DNA of 64,000 nucleotides from Cenococcum geophilum (taxonomy: Eukaryota), in NCBI GenBank assembly GCA_050273025.1, contig CP158636.1, positions 3,100,001-3,164,000 of the forward strand, written 5' to 3'. A program made the position numbers and the translations under genes. Of this stretch, positions 25,751 to 41,000 are shown in pieces (position 1 is the first letter of the stretch; each line of letters begins with the position of its first letter). The notes beneath the pieces are model-generated. The model ran no database searches, was not told the origin of the DNA, and saw nothing but the letters and a program-made list of their open reading frames with translations.

Positions 25751-28700
25751 TGTTACGGACGCTTTAAGTACAATATTACGACTACTTAGAGAAGAGTTGG
25801 AAGAAGCTAGTTGGTTAATACAAGCACGGTTTAGGATGGATCCGGTAGAACTATATGATGAGGAATGGTAACTAAGGTTATATAATGTGCTACGTAGTAT
25901 ACAAAAGAAACAAAGGGAACTTACGTACTTTACGTACTTTACGTATATTACGTATAAGAAGGATTTTATAGGAGTACGGTTGTGTATTTAAGGACCCTTA
26001 GTCCCTACCTAGATAGTTCCTTCCTTATAGTAATTCTTAGAATATAATTAGAGTTAATCTATTAGGCAACCACTCCACCAGTTATTATCTGTTATTAACT
26101 ACTGTTTTTACATTTCCTATACACCTAGCCTATTAACGAGCCCATCGTAGTTCCTACTATAAGGTTCCGTTATATAATCACTACCTAGTTACGGTATTAA
26201 ATATAGAAAGTTAAACAATATGCCACTAAAAGCAGCCACTATAACGCCATCAACGGCGGCAACTACGTTAAGGTTAGGGGGTGACACTAATATAGCGGAC
26301 ACTAACTCGCAACAACCTATAACGGTAGGACAATTATAAGAAATAGTTAACTAGTTAATAGAGAACAATGTAGTACTTAAATAAAGGATTAACGGAATAG
26401 GCGTAGTAAAGGTTAAGTTACTATTAATTAAAAGATTCTTAGGAGAGAGATTAAAGCTTAAAGGATTCCTTACGCAAATACATTTTAAAGTTACGTAAAA
26501 GGGAGCAAAGCTGGTGATACCTATAGATTAAATAGCGTATATAGGGTTATTCTTAATAAAAAGAGCACTTAAATGGTTTAAGCTTTACCTTATAGAGATA
26601 TAAGTAAACGGAATAATAACTACAAACTAAGAAGTACGGTTTATGTTTTTAAGCTAGAACGGATTTGTAGAACGACTTATATAAATATTTAAAGACCTAG
26701 AGGCAGTAACCATAACGGAAAGAAAACTCTAAGACATTATATAGTAAACCTTAGCAATTAAGTACATAATATAATTTTAAATATTAGTAATATAAGTTAA
26801 GTAGAATAATAGGGCGCTTATAGCATAGTATAAGTAGGGACTTAAGGCTAAAGTCTAGGACGTAATTATTTTAATAGAAGATACGGATACTCTAAAGGAA
26901 CTAATAGATTAAGTGATAAAGATTAATAATAGGATCTACTAAAGGGAATAGACTAAGAGAGGTTAGGATAGAGTTCTATAGTTATATAAGACGCAGAGCA
27001 CGCAATAACTAAAGCTAAGTTAGAAATTATGGTATAGCGCAGAGCTAATAGACCTAAGTGGTACTAAAGAAGCCTATAAGAGATAGAGTAAAAAACTATA
27101 GAAACCTAAAGGTTAAGGATCTAGTAATTATAGAACTAAGGAGTAAAGGCTAAGCTAGGGATCTTAATAGCAGAAGACGTTTAGGCGGACTCTACAGTAA
27201 AGTTAATAGTTTAGAGACGGAGCTTATATAAATTATAAAAAACAGGATTACTTCGCAAGGGATTATAAAGATGGTTAGAATTACTATGTAATAAAGGGAA
27301 CTAGGCTAATAGTAGAAGACACATACGTATAGAGGGATAATAGTATACTACGAGGAACAAAAGAATATTTAATTAGAAGTTTCGCGTTTTATTATAATAA
27401 CATATACTAAATTTATAAAGACGCTAAGTACGGCGTAAGCTATTAGCTATAGGAGCTAAAATTTATAGAGTATAGAGGAACTAATAAACTAGTTCGTAGA
27501 TCGGATATTAAGGATAATAAGTTTAATATAGGCGAAACATTCTATAATAATAAGGCAATAAAGGCGGCTTACTAGGAGTACACAGACCTTAAAGATATTA
27601 TACTAGAGGTAGAGGATGATTCCACTATAAAATAGGGAATATTAGTAAGGATCGAGACCCCACTAAATATAATATCTATCGCTTCACGAGACGTAAGAGA
27701 AGTAGGATAGTAAACCACTTTGGCACTTAATAAAGGCAAAAGGCTAAAGGCTTAAGATTCTTAAGACGAGATAAGAGATAACTAAGATTCTTAGAGTGAG
27801 ATAAGGCATACCTAAGGACCTATAACGGATAAAAACCGATAGAGTAGGGCAGTAGCTTAGTTTAAAGACATATAAATGAGCTCGGGATAAGAATTCCTAA
27901 CAGCATAAGATTCTTAAGACAAGATAAGTAAGATTTAAGACTCTTAAAATAAAATAAGAATACTACGGACGCCTAGTTAGACTAAGGCGAGAGCTAAACT
28001 TAAGTTAGAGGTAAGCTTGGAATTAAAGAATCCAAGGGACCAAGAATTTAGAGTGCGAATTAAAATACCTATAAGTAAGAGGTAAGAGGCTTCTTTATAG
28101 ATTAGAAAATCTATAATATAAATAGTAGTTAGACTAGGAGACAGATATATAAACCTAAAAGACTTACTAAGGGAATATAGTGTTCGGCCTAAAGATTAAA
28201 AAACTAATACTAAGATTAAGAAGTAAGGAGACTTTAAGGATCTACTCATAAGACGCGACATAAAGGAAACTATAGAGGAATTTAGAGCAAGAATTACCTT
28301 ATAGCAAGAACAGAAACTAGATAAGAAATCTAATATATTAGGACGTATAAAGGATAGAGCGCTAGTATAAAGAATTACTAATAGGCCTAAAGCAGGCACA
28401 CTAAGAGCTAAGTGGCTTATTAAACTGGAATAAGAAGAGGATCTAGGGATTTTTACTAGGTTTAAGGAATAATATACTAAAGGCTGTTACGACGTAGTAA
28501 TAAAGAGATATTTCCTTATCAATGAGCCGTATATACTTAAGCAGCTATACTAAAAGTGGTATAGGCAATGACATAATAATAAGTGGGAAGATTTCTATAT
28601 GTAGTTAGATGAAAAAGTTATCTAAAACCACCTAATTATAGAGAAGGCTATAACTTATATTAAGGGAGCCTTAATTATAATATTAAAGGATCTAAAGAAG

Positions 28701-31700
28701 CAATTAGAGGACTAGAGAAGTAAAAGGCGAATCTTAATACCCGTAAATAAAGTTATAACGCTTAGATTAATATAAGAAAGGTTTAAACTTAAAGATAAAA
28801 ATAAGCTAAGAGTTAACCTAAGATATTAAGCATATTATATACTATTATAGATAGTATATATGGATAATATATGTAATATATATAAAGCACTAAAGAATAA
28901 AAATTAGAAGTATCTAATAAGGATATATTAGATAACAGATAAAGTAAAGTATTAAGACGCTAAGTATATGCATAGTTAGCACCTAGTAGAAGTTTAAGAA
29001 TAAGGGGACTTAATATTTTAACTAGAAAGATTCCTTACGGAAGAATGCCTAGAAGGATAATAATAGTAGGAATATTTAGAAAATACCTGTCTATAGTATA
29101 TTAAAGACAAAAAACAAACTAAGTATTAGCCTAAGTTAAACTAAGTATAAATAGGATCTAGTAGCTAATAGTTAGGAAAAGTAGAGGCCTACAGAATTAA
29201 AGGGAGCTAGTAGTAGAGCCTTAGACCCTTAAAGGAATTTAAGAATAACACCTAAATTTACGAGTTAAATGGTAAGATTAATAGTTTAAGGCATTAATAG
29301 ATAGTGGAGTAATAAGGAACTATATTTTGTTAGCAGCAGTTAAAAAAATAGGGTTACTATATAGGTAGAAGGAACGTTCTTATCTATTAGTGATAATTTT
29401 AGGAGATCTAATAGCCTATAAAGGAGGCATTATTAATCTTAAAACAGGACCTATTTAGCTAACTATTAAGGGAACATAAATTGAGATGTCTTTTAATATA
29501 TTACCATTAGGGAATAATAAAGCAGTATTAGGAATGCCTTGGTTATAAAAATATAATCTAAAGATTGATTAAATTACAGGTTAGGTTAATATTAGGGATA
29601 CTTAACGCCGTAAGATATAATAATAAGCTAAGTTAGTATAGTACTAAGTAGAAGCAACCTATAAAGAAACAGAAAAAGGGCTAAGCTATATACTAAAGAG
29701 ATACTATAAGTATAGCAAGAAACTATAGTTACTAAAAAGTAAAAAGCTGTTAGAGTATATAGTATAGGACTATAAAATAGAATTAAAATTAGGAATAAGT
29801 TTAAGGTTCTTTCTAATCTATAAGCTTACTAAAGAAGAAGGTAGAGTATTAAAAGAGTTTATCTAAGAGAACTTATAAAAGGGATATATTAGACCATCGC
29901 AGTTATTAGTGGGTTATCTAGTACTATTTATACTAAAGAAAAATAGTAAACTAAGGCTATGCATTAACTATAAACAGTTAAACAGCATTACTAAAAAGGA
30001 TAGGTATCCTTTACCCTTAATTAGCGAAATCTAAGATAGAATAGGTAATGCGTAAATCTTTATAAAGATAGATCTAAGATAGGCGTACTATTAAATTAAA
30101 ATTAAGGAAGGTAATAAATAAAAGGCAGCCTTTAGGTTAAAGGAAGGACTATATAAACTATTAGTTATATAATTTAGGCTTATAAACGCACTAGCAACGT
30201 TTTAGAAGCGGATTAATAATATATTAGAAGAATACTTAGATGAATTTGTTATGGTATACCTTAACGATATTATTATCTACTTAATAACTAAGGAAGAATA
30301 CGGGGAATATATTAAATGGGTTTTAAAGAGACTATAAAAGGAATAGATACTAGTAGCAATTAAGAAATATAAGTTCTTTACTAGGAAGACTAATTTTATA
30401 GAATTTATTATTAAACTAGGCTAACTTAGTATAGATCTAAAGAAGATTAAGGCTATAGTGAATTAGTAAGAACTAGAGAACGTTATATAATTAAGATTAT
30501 TTTTAAGGTTTTATAATTACTATAGAAGGTTTATAGCGTAGTAGTTAAAAGATATTAAGCTATTTATACAATTAATAAAGAAAGAAGAAGTATAGGTATA
30601 GGGAAAGGAGTAATAAGAACTATTTAAGGAAGTTAAAAGGTTATTTACCTAGGAGCTAGTTCTTAAGATCTATTAACTAGGACTAGAAATAGTTATAGAA
30701 ATAGATATATTAGACTTTATACTAGGAGTATATTTTATATAAAAGTATCTAAATAGATAGCATCTAGTGGCATATTATAGTTGGAAAATAATACTACTAG
30801 AGTTAAACTATAACATCTATAATAAGGAGTTATTAGGTATAGTTACAGTACTAAAAAAATAAAAAGCGTTTTTATAAGGTATAAAGAAACTATTTATAGT
30901 TAAAATAGATTATAAAAACCTAATAGGATTCTTAATAATAAAGGAACTTAACTAAAGATTGGTTAGATGGGTAGAGATGCTTACAGAATACTATTTTAAG
31001 ATTTAGTATACTAAGGGTACAGATAATACGCGGGCTAATATGTTAAGTTAAAAAGCTAAACTATAAAATAATAAGAAGCTATTAGGGGCTTTACTATAAA
31101 AAGATATAGACGGATTAATTAGGTATAATTACCTAAAAATTATAGTAACTTAAGAAGATAAACTAAAAGGAGTTTATAAGTTACTAGAAAGCTTTTAGGT
31201 ATAGAAAATTCTAAAAGTATAGCTAGAAGATTCGCAGTTAGATATATATAAAAACCAAAAAGTAAAGTATATCCTAAAAAGCATAGTAGAGTAGTTTATA
31301 GAGGACTTCTATAAGGGACTAACTTAAGGATATAACGGAGCTATAGGCTTAGTATTAAGACTCTAGGAGGAGTATATTATTAATAAAATCTAAAAAATAG
31401 CTAGAAAGGTTATTAAGGAGTATTTAGATTACTAAAGGAATAAACTAATAATATATAAGCCGTATAGAGGGCTATAACCTATTAAAATACTAAAGAGACT
31501 ATAGGAGGTTATATTATGGGACTTTATTATTAAGTTGCTAAAATTAAGAGATCCTATTACCGGATAAGATTATAATATAATCTTAGTAATAGTAGATAAG
31601 CTTATAAAGTGGGGATACTTTATAGCATATACGGAAGAAATCTCAGCGGAAGATGTTGCTAAAATTTATATTAAAGAAGTATTTATAAGATATAGAGCAC

Positions 31701-33703
31701 TAAGTAAAATTATATTAGATAGAGATCTAAGATTTATAATAGTATTTTAGGAGGTATTTTTAGCGGAATAAGGAGTTTAAGTAGCAACTTCTACTATATA
31801 TTATCTGTAGATAGATAGTTAAACGGAAAGATTAAACTAGACACTAGAGCAGTATTTAAGGCATTATATTAATTACGTATAAAATAATTAGGTATTGTTA
31901 TTACTAGTTATATAGTTTATATATAATGCAACACTATAAGAAGGAATGGGTATATTACTATTTAAGGCGAATTACGGATATAAGCTAAGAATATTATTAT
32001 TGCTATATTAAGTAAAGAAAACGAGTAGTAGAGCTAAGTAAAGGATGGAGACTTTAATAAATCTTTATATAAACCTTACGGAAATAGCTAAGGTAGTATA
32101 GTAAAGAATAAAAAAATACTACGACGCTAAGAGATCTAAGGGACTAGATCTTAAGGAGGGAGATAAAGTATAGCTACTATATAAAAATTTTAAGAGTTAA
32201 TAACTAAGTAAGAAGTTAGACTATATTAGACTAGGACCTTTTGAAATTATATAAAGGATTTTACTAGTTACATTTAAGCTAAACCTACTAGCTAAAATAA
32301 AGATCTACCCTATACAGTATATCGCGATACTAGAGCTAGTATATAGGAATATTAAGCCACTAGTTTACGAAGTAGACACGTATAAAGGATAGGAAAAAGA
32401 TAAATAGTAAGTTTTAAAAATTGTTAGTTATAAGGACATTGATAATAAAATATAATATAAGGTTAAGTAGATAGGCTATACTAAGACTACCTAGGAGCTA
32501 CTAGAGAATTTAAAAAATGCTATAGGAAAGGTATAGGAGTATTAGAAGAAAATAGGTCAGGCAATATTAATAAGGAAGGATTATTAAAGAATAAGTTACC
32601 TAAGGGGGACCTAGGAAGAGCGACTGCTAAACTACTTAGAGTTATTCCCTTTACTATAGGAGGAGAGTTAGTTCTCTTATTACCTAGTTCCTAAAGACCT
32701 TATTTTATAAGTTTCTACTCCTTAGAATAAACCTTCTTACGTACTTTTTTAAGATAAAGTAGCTAAGCAGACGCCGCAATATAAGTATTTAGGGCCTTTT
32801 ATTCCGCGTTACGGGAATACTTAAGCTTAGTAAGAGCCTACGCTAGATTACTATTAAGCTTTATAGTAGTAGATTAAATATAAAACCCTATAACAAATTA
32901 CTTAGAAAACTTAAAGACTATTAAGAGTTATAGGATGTGTATATTTAGTGTTAGAAATAGAGTAAACGTTATAGGACAACTAAATATTTACTTTAGTGCA
33001 CTCTAAATAAGAGGAGGGTTGCCGAGATAAAGGACTTGCTAACGTAATATAAACTAACCCCTCTTTCATATAATAAGAATATAAAGATAGTATAATTTTA
33101 CTAAGCAATAATATAGTAGTAATAGTGCGGGTATAACGTTGCGCGTATAAAGAAGAAGAAGCTTTAGGTATAATAAGTAATAATATTAACTAAATTAATT
33201 AGACGGATATTATACCTCTAATAAATAACTTAGAGATGCTAGTAATCTTTAAGGATAAAAATATAGAGGAGGGAAATAGTATTACGGACGCTTTAAGTAC
33301 AATATTATAACTACTTAGAGAAGAGTTAGAAGAAGCTAGTTAGTTAATATAAGTATAGTCTAGGATAGATCCGGTAAAACTATATAACAAGAAATAGTAA
33401 CTAAGGTTATATAATATGCTATATAGTATATAAAAGGAATAAAGGGAACTTATATACCTTATATATAACACATATATTACGTATAAGAAGAATTTTATAG
33501 GAGTACGGTTGTATATTTAAGGACCCTTAGTCCCTACCTAGATAGTTCCTTCCTTATAGTAATTCTTAGAATATAATTAGAGTTAATTTATTAGGCAACT
33601 ACTCTACTAGTTATTATCCGTTATTAACTACTATCTTTGCATTTCCTATACACCTAGCCTATTAACGAGCCTATCGTAGTTCCAGCTACAAGGTTCCGTT
33701 ACA
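25751..33703 (+). mobile_element. Ty3/gypsy chromovirus copy A, full length, RIP-inactivated; LTRs 25751-26174 and 33280-33703
   Basis: 424-bp LTRs (TG..CA), TSD ACTTT, PPT 33265-33279, gag ATG 26220, then CCHC knuckle, protease DSG, RT YLND (YLDD), RNase H, integrase and chromodomain in gypsy order. Confidence 0.95.
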
Positions 33704-35070
33704 ACTTTAGCTCCTTTCTCTCTCTTACTATTATCTTTATTGGCCTCTTATACGTCTTTCTTCCTCCTCTATATAGGCCTAGGCCCTAAAGTAGCACTAT
33801 TTTTTTTTTTACTTTCTTTACCTGTTTCTCTAATATATCTTTCCTACTTTAGGGTTATTAGTTTATTCTCTTATAGGGCGCCCTAGGGTCCCTCTATAGT
33901 TTATTTAGGCGTGTCTTAATATACTTTATAATATTAAAGTTACGTTTATTTTAGGCCCTTTATATTACAGCGGCTTTAATATATAGTTATAAGGGGGGAA
34001 TATTAGCTTCCTTCTTAAGTAGTACTGTGGCCGTTCGCTTATATCCGCCTATTATACTCTAAAAGTAGGCTATTTAGACCTTTTAGAGTGGTTTAAGGAG
34101 TAACTTAGGGGGGAATTTTTTAGATTCTCTAATGGCCTAAATACTGGACCTATATATTATGGTTGGCTAGATAACTGCTATATATAGTAGGCGTAACCTC
34201 TAAAAGTATAGGCCCTATATAAAATTAATAATCCTAGATAATGCAATATACTATACTTAGCCCTTATAGGCCGCTTACGCTATATATACGCTTTACTAGA
34301 GCTTACTATCTACCTATACTTCTAATACCCTTAGGCCCTAAACTAGTTAACCCCTAAAGCCTTAAATGCGGATTATATACTAGAGATCTGTAGATTAGTT
34401 ACATTTTCTTATAAAATGGATTAGCTGGTATTTCTCTAGTAAGAATTAGACTCTATATTATCTTACCTATTTTATATAGGTATTATAAGCTTTCTCTAGC
34501 ATTCTATAATTCTTTACGGCTAATAGCCTGTATATAATTAGGTTTATATTATTAATAAAGCCTATTCCCTAGGTCGCCCCTTTCTTAAAAAAGTTAAGTA
34601 GGTTACTTATAAAGAAAAGGAAGAGTATAGGCGAGAGGGGTAATCCTTATAGTATTCCTATTATAACTATAATAGGGGGGCTCTAGTATCTGCTAAAGAC
34701 TAGTAATATTTCTTTCTAACCTATAAACCTTTAGATAAATTATATAATCTACTTTAGATAAATTATATAATCTACTTTAGAAAGCCTTTTACTATTACGG
34801 ACGCTTTAAGTATAATGTTATAACTACTTAGAGAAGAGTTAGAAGAAGCTAGTTAGTTAATAAAAGCATGGTTTAGGATGGATCTAGTAGAGCTATATAA
34901 CGAGGAATGGTAACTAAGGTTATATAATATAATCTATAGGATCTATAGGATCTATATAATCCGTAACAGAGCAAATAAAGCGCACGTATATTACGTATAA
35001 GAAGGATTTTATAGGAGTACGGTTGTGTATTTAAGGACCCTTAGTCCCTACCTAGATAGTTCCTTCCTTA

Positions 35071-38000
35071 TGTTACGGACGCTTTAAGTACGATATTACG
35101 ACTACTTAGAGAAGAGTCGGAAGAAGCTAGTTGGTTAATATAGGCACGGTCTAGGATGGAACCCGTGGAACTATATAACAAGGAATGGTAAGCAGAGTCA
35201 CATAATGTAATCTATATAATCTGTATAATCTGTATAATCTATAATAGAGCGGATAGAGCAGACAGAGTAGATAGAGTAATGACTTTCTTAGGAGTACGGT
35301 TGTGTATTTAAGGACCCTTAGTCCCTACCTAGATAGTTCCTTCCTTGTAGTAATTCTTAGAATATAATTAAAGTTAATCTATTGGGCAACCACTCCACTA
35401 GTTGTTATTATATTGTTAACTTAATTTATTTTACCTATATACCTAGCCCAATAACGAGCCCACCGTAGTACTTACTATAAGGTTCCGTTATATAATCACT
35501 ACCTAGTTACGGTAATAAATACAGAAGTCAAATAATATGCTACTAAAAGCAGCCACTACAACGCCATCGACGGCGGCAACTACTTTAAGGTCAGGAGGTG
35601 ATACTAATATAGCAGATACTAACTTACAGCAACCTGTAACAGTTGGATAACTATAAGAGATAGTTAATTAACTAACAGAAAATAATACGGCACTGGAATA
35701 ATGGATTAACGGGATAGGAGTAGTAAAGGTTAAGTTACTATTAATCAAAAGATTTTTAGGAGAGAGATTGAAGCTTAAAGGATTCCTTACATAAATGTAC
35801 TTTAAGGTTACGTAAGAGGGAGCAAAGCTGGCAATACTTATGGATTAAATAGCGTATGCAGGATTATTCTTATTAGGAAGAGCACTTAAATAGTTTAAGC
35901 CTTACCTTATAGAGATATAAGTAAATAGAATAACAACAACAAACCAGGAAGTATGGTTTATGTTCTTAAGCTAGAATAAATTTATAGAGTAACTTATACA
36001 AATGTTCGGAGATCCGGAGGCAACGACTATAGTAGAAAGAAAACTTTAAGATATTACGTAATAAACCTTAGCTATTAAATACACAACGTAGTTCCAAACG
36101 TTAGTAATATAAGTTAAGTAGAATAATAGGGCGCTTATAGTATAGTATAAATAGGGACTTAAGGCTAAAGTTTAGGACGTAATTATTTTAATGAAAGATG
36201 CGGATACCCTAAGGGAATTAATAGATTAAGTAATTAAGATTAATAATAGGATCTTCTAAAGGGAATAAACTAAGAGAGGTTAGGATAGAGTTCTATAGTT
36301 ATATAAGGCGTAGAGCACGCAATAATAAAAGCTAAGTTAGAAACTATGGTATAGCGCAGAGCTAATAAACCTAAGCGGTACTAAAGAAGCCCATAAGAAA
36401 TAGAGTAAGAAACTATAAAAACCTAAAGGTTAAGGATCTAGTAATTATAGGACTAAGGAGCATAGGCTAAACTAGGGATCTTATTAGCAAAAGATATTTA
36501 GGCGGACTCTATAACAGAGTTAGTAGTTTAGAGATAGAGCTTATATAAATTGCGGGAAATAAGGTTATTTTATAAGGGATTGTAAAGATAGTTAGAGTTA
36601 CTATGCAATAAAGGGAACCTAACTAATAGTAGAAGACACATACGTATAGAGGGATAATAGTGTACTGCAAGGAATAAAAGAGTGTTTAATTAGAAGTTTT
36701 GCGTTTTGTTATAATAACGCATGCCAAATTTATAAAGACGCTAAGTACGGCGCAAGCTATTAGCTATAAGAACTAGAGTTAAAAGAACTTAAAGGGACTT
36801 AAGAGTTAGATAAAGAACAAGATCGACTCTATAAGCTAGATTAAAATATTATAGCAACGTGTAGATAATAATTAGTAACAATAACAATAGAGTCGGAGTA
36901 CTTATTAATTAATAGTAATAAGGATAGTAAAGGAACTAACTAGGGGTATCTAAACCTTAATAACGTAACAGAAGTAGAGACTAAGACTGCTACGGAGTAA
37001 GGTTTAGTAACGGGTATTATAACACCATTAAATACAGCATCTATTACTTTATAAGACGGAAGGAGTAATATCTAAAGACGATTAAGTAAGTAGACGACTG
37101 CTAGTGCTAGCTTACTACTTAATAAAGGCAAAAGGCCAAAGGCTTAAGATTTTTAAGACGAGATAAGAGACGACTAAGATTTTTAAGACGAGATAAGGTA
37201 TATCTAAGGACCTACAATGGACGAAAACTGATGGAGCAGGGCAGTAGCTTAGTTTAGAAATATATGAATAAGCTCGGGATAGAGTTTCCTATAGGTATAA
37301 GACTCTCAAGACGAGATAAGTGAGATTTAAGACTTTTAAGATAAGATAAGAACACTATAAACGCCTAGTTGGACTAAGGCGGGAGCTAAGCTTAAGTTGG
37401 AAGCGAGCTTAGAATTAAAGAATCCAAGGGACCAAGATTTCGGAGTATGAATGAGGACACCTATAGGTAAGAGGCAAGGAGCTTCTTTATAGATTAGAGA
37501 ATCTGTAATACAAATAGCAGTTAGACTAGGAGACCAATATATAGACCCAGAGGACCTACTAGGAGAACGCAGTGTTTAGCCGGAAGATCAAAAGTTCAAT
37601 ACCGCGATTAAGAAGCAAGGAGACTTTAAGGATCTACTTGTAAGACGTGAAAGAAAAGAAACCATAGAGGAATTTAGAGCGAGAATTACCTTATAGCAAG
37701 AATAGAAACTAGATAAGAGGTTTAGTATATTAGGACGTATAAGGGACAGAGCGCTAGTATAAAGGATTACTAATAGGCCGAAAGTAGGCATATTAAGAGC
37801 TAAGTAGCTTACTAAACTAGAATAAGAAGAGGATCTAGGGATTCTAACTAGGTTTAAGGAACGATATACTAAAGGTTGTTATAACGCAGTAATAAGGAGA
37901 TACTTCTTTACGGACAGACCGTAAATACTTAAGCAGCTATACTAAAAGTAGTATAGGCAAAGGCATAATAATAAGTGGGAAGATTTCTATATATAGTTAG

Positions 38001-41000
38001 ACGAAAAAGTTATCTAAGACTACCTAATTATAGAGAAGGTAATAACTTATATTAAGGGAGCCTTAATTATAACGTTAAAGGATCTAGAGGAGTAATTAGA
38101 GGACTAGAGAAGCAAGAAATGAATTTTAGTACCTATAAATGAAGTTGCGACACTTAGATTAACACGAGAAAGGTTTAAACTTAAGGATAAAGACGAGCCG
38201 AGAGTTAACCTAAAACACTAAGCATATTATATACTATTGTGGATAGTATACATAGATAATGCGTGTAATATGTATAAAGTACTAAAGGATAAAAACTGGA
38301 AGTATCTAATAAGGATATATTAGATGACGGATAAGGCGAAATATTAAAATGCTAAGTATATACATAGTTAGTACCTAATAGAAGTTTAAGAATAAGGGGA
38401 CTTAATACTTTAACTAGGAAGATTCCTTACGGAAGAATACCTAGAAGGATAATAATAGTGGGAATATCTAGAGAACACCTATCTATAGTATATTAAAGAC
38501 AAAAAGCGAACTAAGTATTAGCCTAAGTTGGACTAAGTACAAATAGGATTAAGCAGCTAATAGTCGGGAAAAGTAGAGGCCTATAGGACTAGAGGGAACT
38601 AGTGGTAGAACCTTAGACCTTTAAAGGAATTTAAGAACGACACCTAAATTTATAAGTTAAGTGGCAAGATTAGTAGTTTAAGGCATTAATAGATAGTAGA
38701 GTAATAAGAAACTATATCTCGCTAACAGTAGTTAAAAGAATGGGGTTACCATATAGATAGAAGGAACACCCTTATCTATTAGTAACAATTTTAGGAGATC
38801 TAATAGCCTATAGAGGAGGTATTATTAATCTTAAAACAGGACCTATTTAGCTAACTATTAAAGGAAGACTAGTTAAGATGTCTTTTAATATATTACCATT
38901 AGGGAATAATAAGGTAGTATTAGGAATACCTTAGTTATAGGAATATAACCTAAAGATCGATTGGATTATGGGTTAGGTTAATATTAGAGATACTTAACAC
39001 CGTAAGATATAATAATAAACTAAGATGGTATAGTACTAAGTTGGAGCGATATATAAAGAGACTAATTAAGGATTAAGTTATGTACTAAAGAGATACCATA
39101 AATATAGCAAAAAGTTATAGTTACTAGAAAGTGAAAAGCTGTTAGAGTATATAGTATAGGACTATGAGATAGAATTGGAACTAGGAATAAGTTTAAGGTT
39201 CTTTCCAATCTATAAGCTTACTAAAGAGGAAGGTAGAGCACTTAAAGAGTTTGTCTAAGAAAACTTATAAAAGGGATATATTAGACTATCGCAGTTATTA
39301 GCGGGTTATCCAGTACTATTTATACTAAAGAAAAATGGTAAGCTAAGGCTGTGTATTAACTACAGACAGTTAAATAGTATTACTAGGAAGGATAGGTATC
39401 CTTTACCCTTAATTAGTGAGATTTAAGATAGAATTGGCAATGTGTAAATCTTTACAAAGATAGATCTAAGATGGGTGTACTATTAGATTAGGATTAAGGA
39501 AGGCAATAAATAGAAGGCAGCCTTTAGGTTAAAGGAAGGACTATATAAACTATTAGTTATACAATTTAGGCTTATAAACGCACTAGTAATATTCTAAAAG
39601 CGTATTAATAATATATTAAGAGAACACTTGGATAAATTTGTTATGGTATACCTTAACGATATTATTATCTACTTAATAAGTAAGGAGGAGCACGAGAAAT
39701 ACGTTAAATAGGTCTTAGAGAGATTATAAGAAGAACAGATGCTAGTAGCAATTAAGAAATGCGAGTTCTTTATAAGGAAGACAGATTTTGTTAGATTTAT
39801 TATTAAACTAGGCTAACTTAGTATAGATCTAAAGAAGATCGAGGCTATAGTAAATTGGCAAGAACTAGAGAATGTCACGTAGTTAAGATTGTTTTTAGGG
39901 TTTTGCAATTACTATAGAAGGTTTATAGCGCAATAGTTAAAAGATATTAAGCCATTTACGCGGTTAATAAAGAAAGAAGAACTATAGGTATAGGAAAAAG
40001 AACAATAAGAATTATTTAAGAAAGTTAAGAGGTTATTTACCTAAGAGCTAGTTTTTAAGATCTATTAACCAGAACTAGAAACGGTTGTAGAAACAGATAT
40101 ATTAGACTTTATACTAGGAGTATACTTTATATAAAAGCATCCAGATGGATGGCATCTAGTGGTATACTATAGTTAAAAGATAACACCACTAGAACTGAAC
40201 TATGACATCTATAATAAAGAGTTGTTAGGTATAGTTGCAGCACTAAAGGAATAGAGAGTATTCTTGCAAGGTATAGAGAAACTATTTATAGTTAGGACGG
40301 ACTATAAGAACCTAATAGAATTCCTAATAATAAAGGAACTTAACTAAAGATAGGTTAGATGGGCAGAAATGCTTGTAGAATACTATTTTAAGATTTAGTA
40401 TACTAAGGGTACGGAGAATATACGAGTAGATGCTCTAAGTAGAAAGGCTAAACTATAGAATAACGAAAAGCTATTAGGGGCTTTACTATAAAAGGATATA
40501 AATGGATTAATTAGGTATAATTATCTAAAGATCGCAGTAACTTAAGAGGACGAGTTAAAGAAAGTCTATAAGATACCAGAAAGCTTTTAGGCATAAAGAA
40601 TTCTAAAAGCATAACTAGAAGATCTACAGTCGGATATATATAAAAACCGAGAAGCGAAGTATATCCTAAGAAGCATAGCAGAACAATTTATAGAAGATTT
40701 TTATAAAGGACTAACTTAAGGACACAACAGAGCTATAGGCTTAGTATTAAGACTCTAAGAGGAATACATTATTAATGGAATCTAGAGGATAGCTAGGAAG
40801 GTCACTAAGGAGTGTTTAGATTGCTAAAGAAATAAACTAGTGAGGTATAAGCTATATAGAGGGCTATAACCTATTAAAATACTAGAAAGGCTATAGGAGG
40901 TCATATTATAGGACTTTATTATTAAGTTGCTAAAATTAAGAGACCCTATTACCGGATAAGATTATAACATAATCTTAGTAATAGTAGATAAGCTTATAAA

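Noticed and set aside
35200..35280. Short tandem repeats in LTRs as a CRISPR-like array
   Set aside because: 9-10 bp head-to-tail units without spacers in eukaryotic LTR U3 regions.
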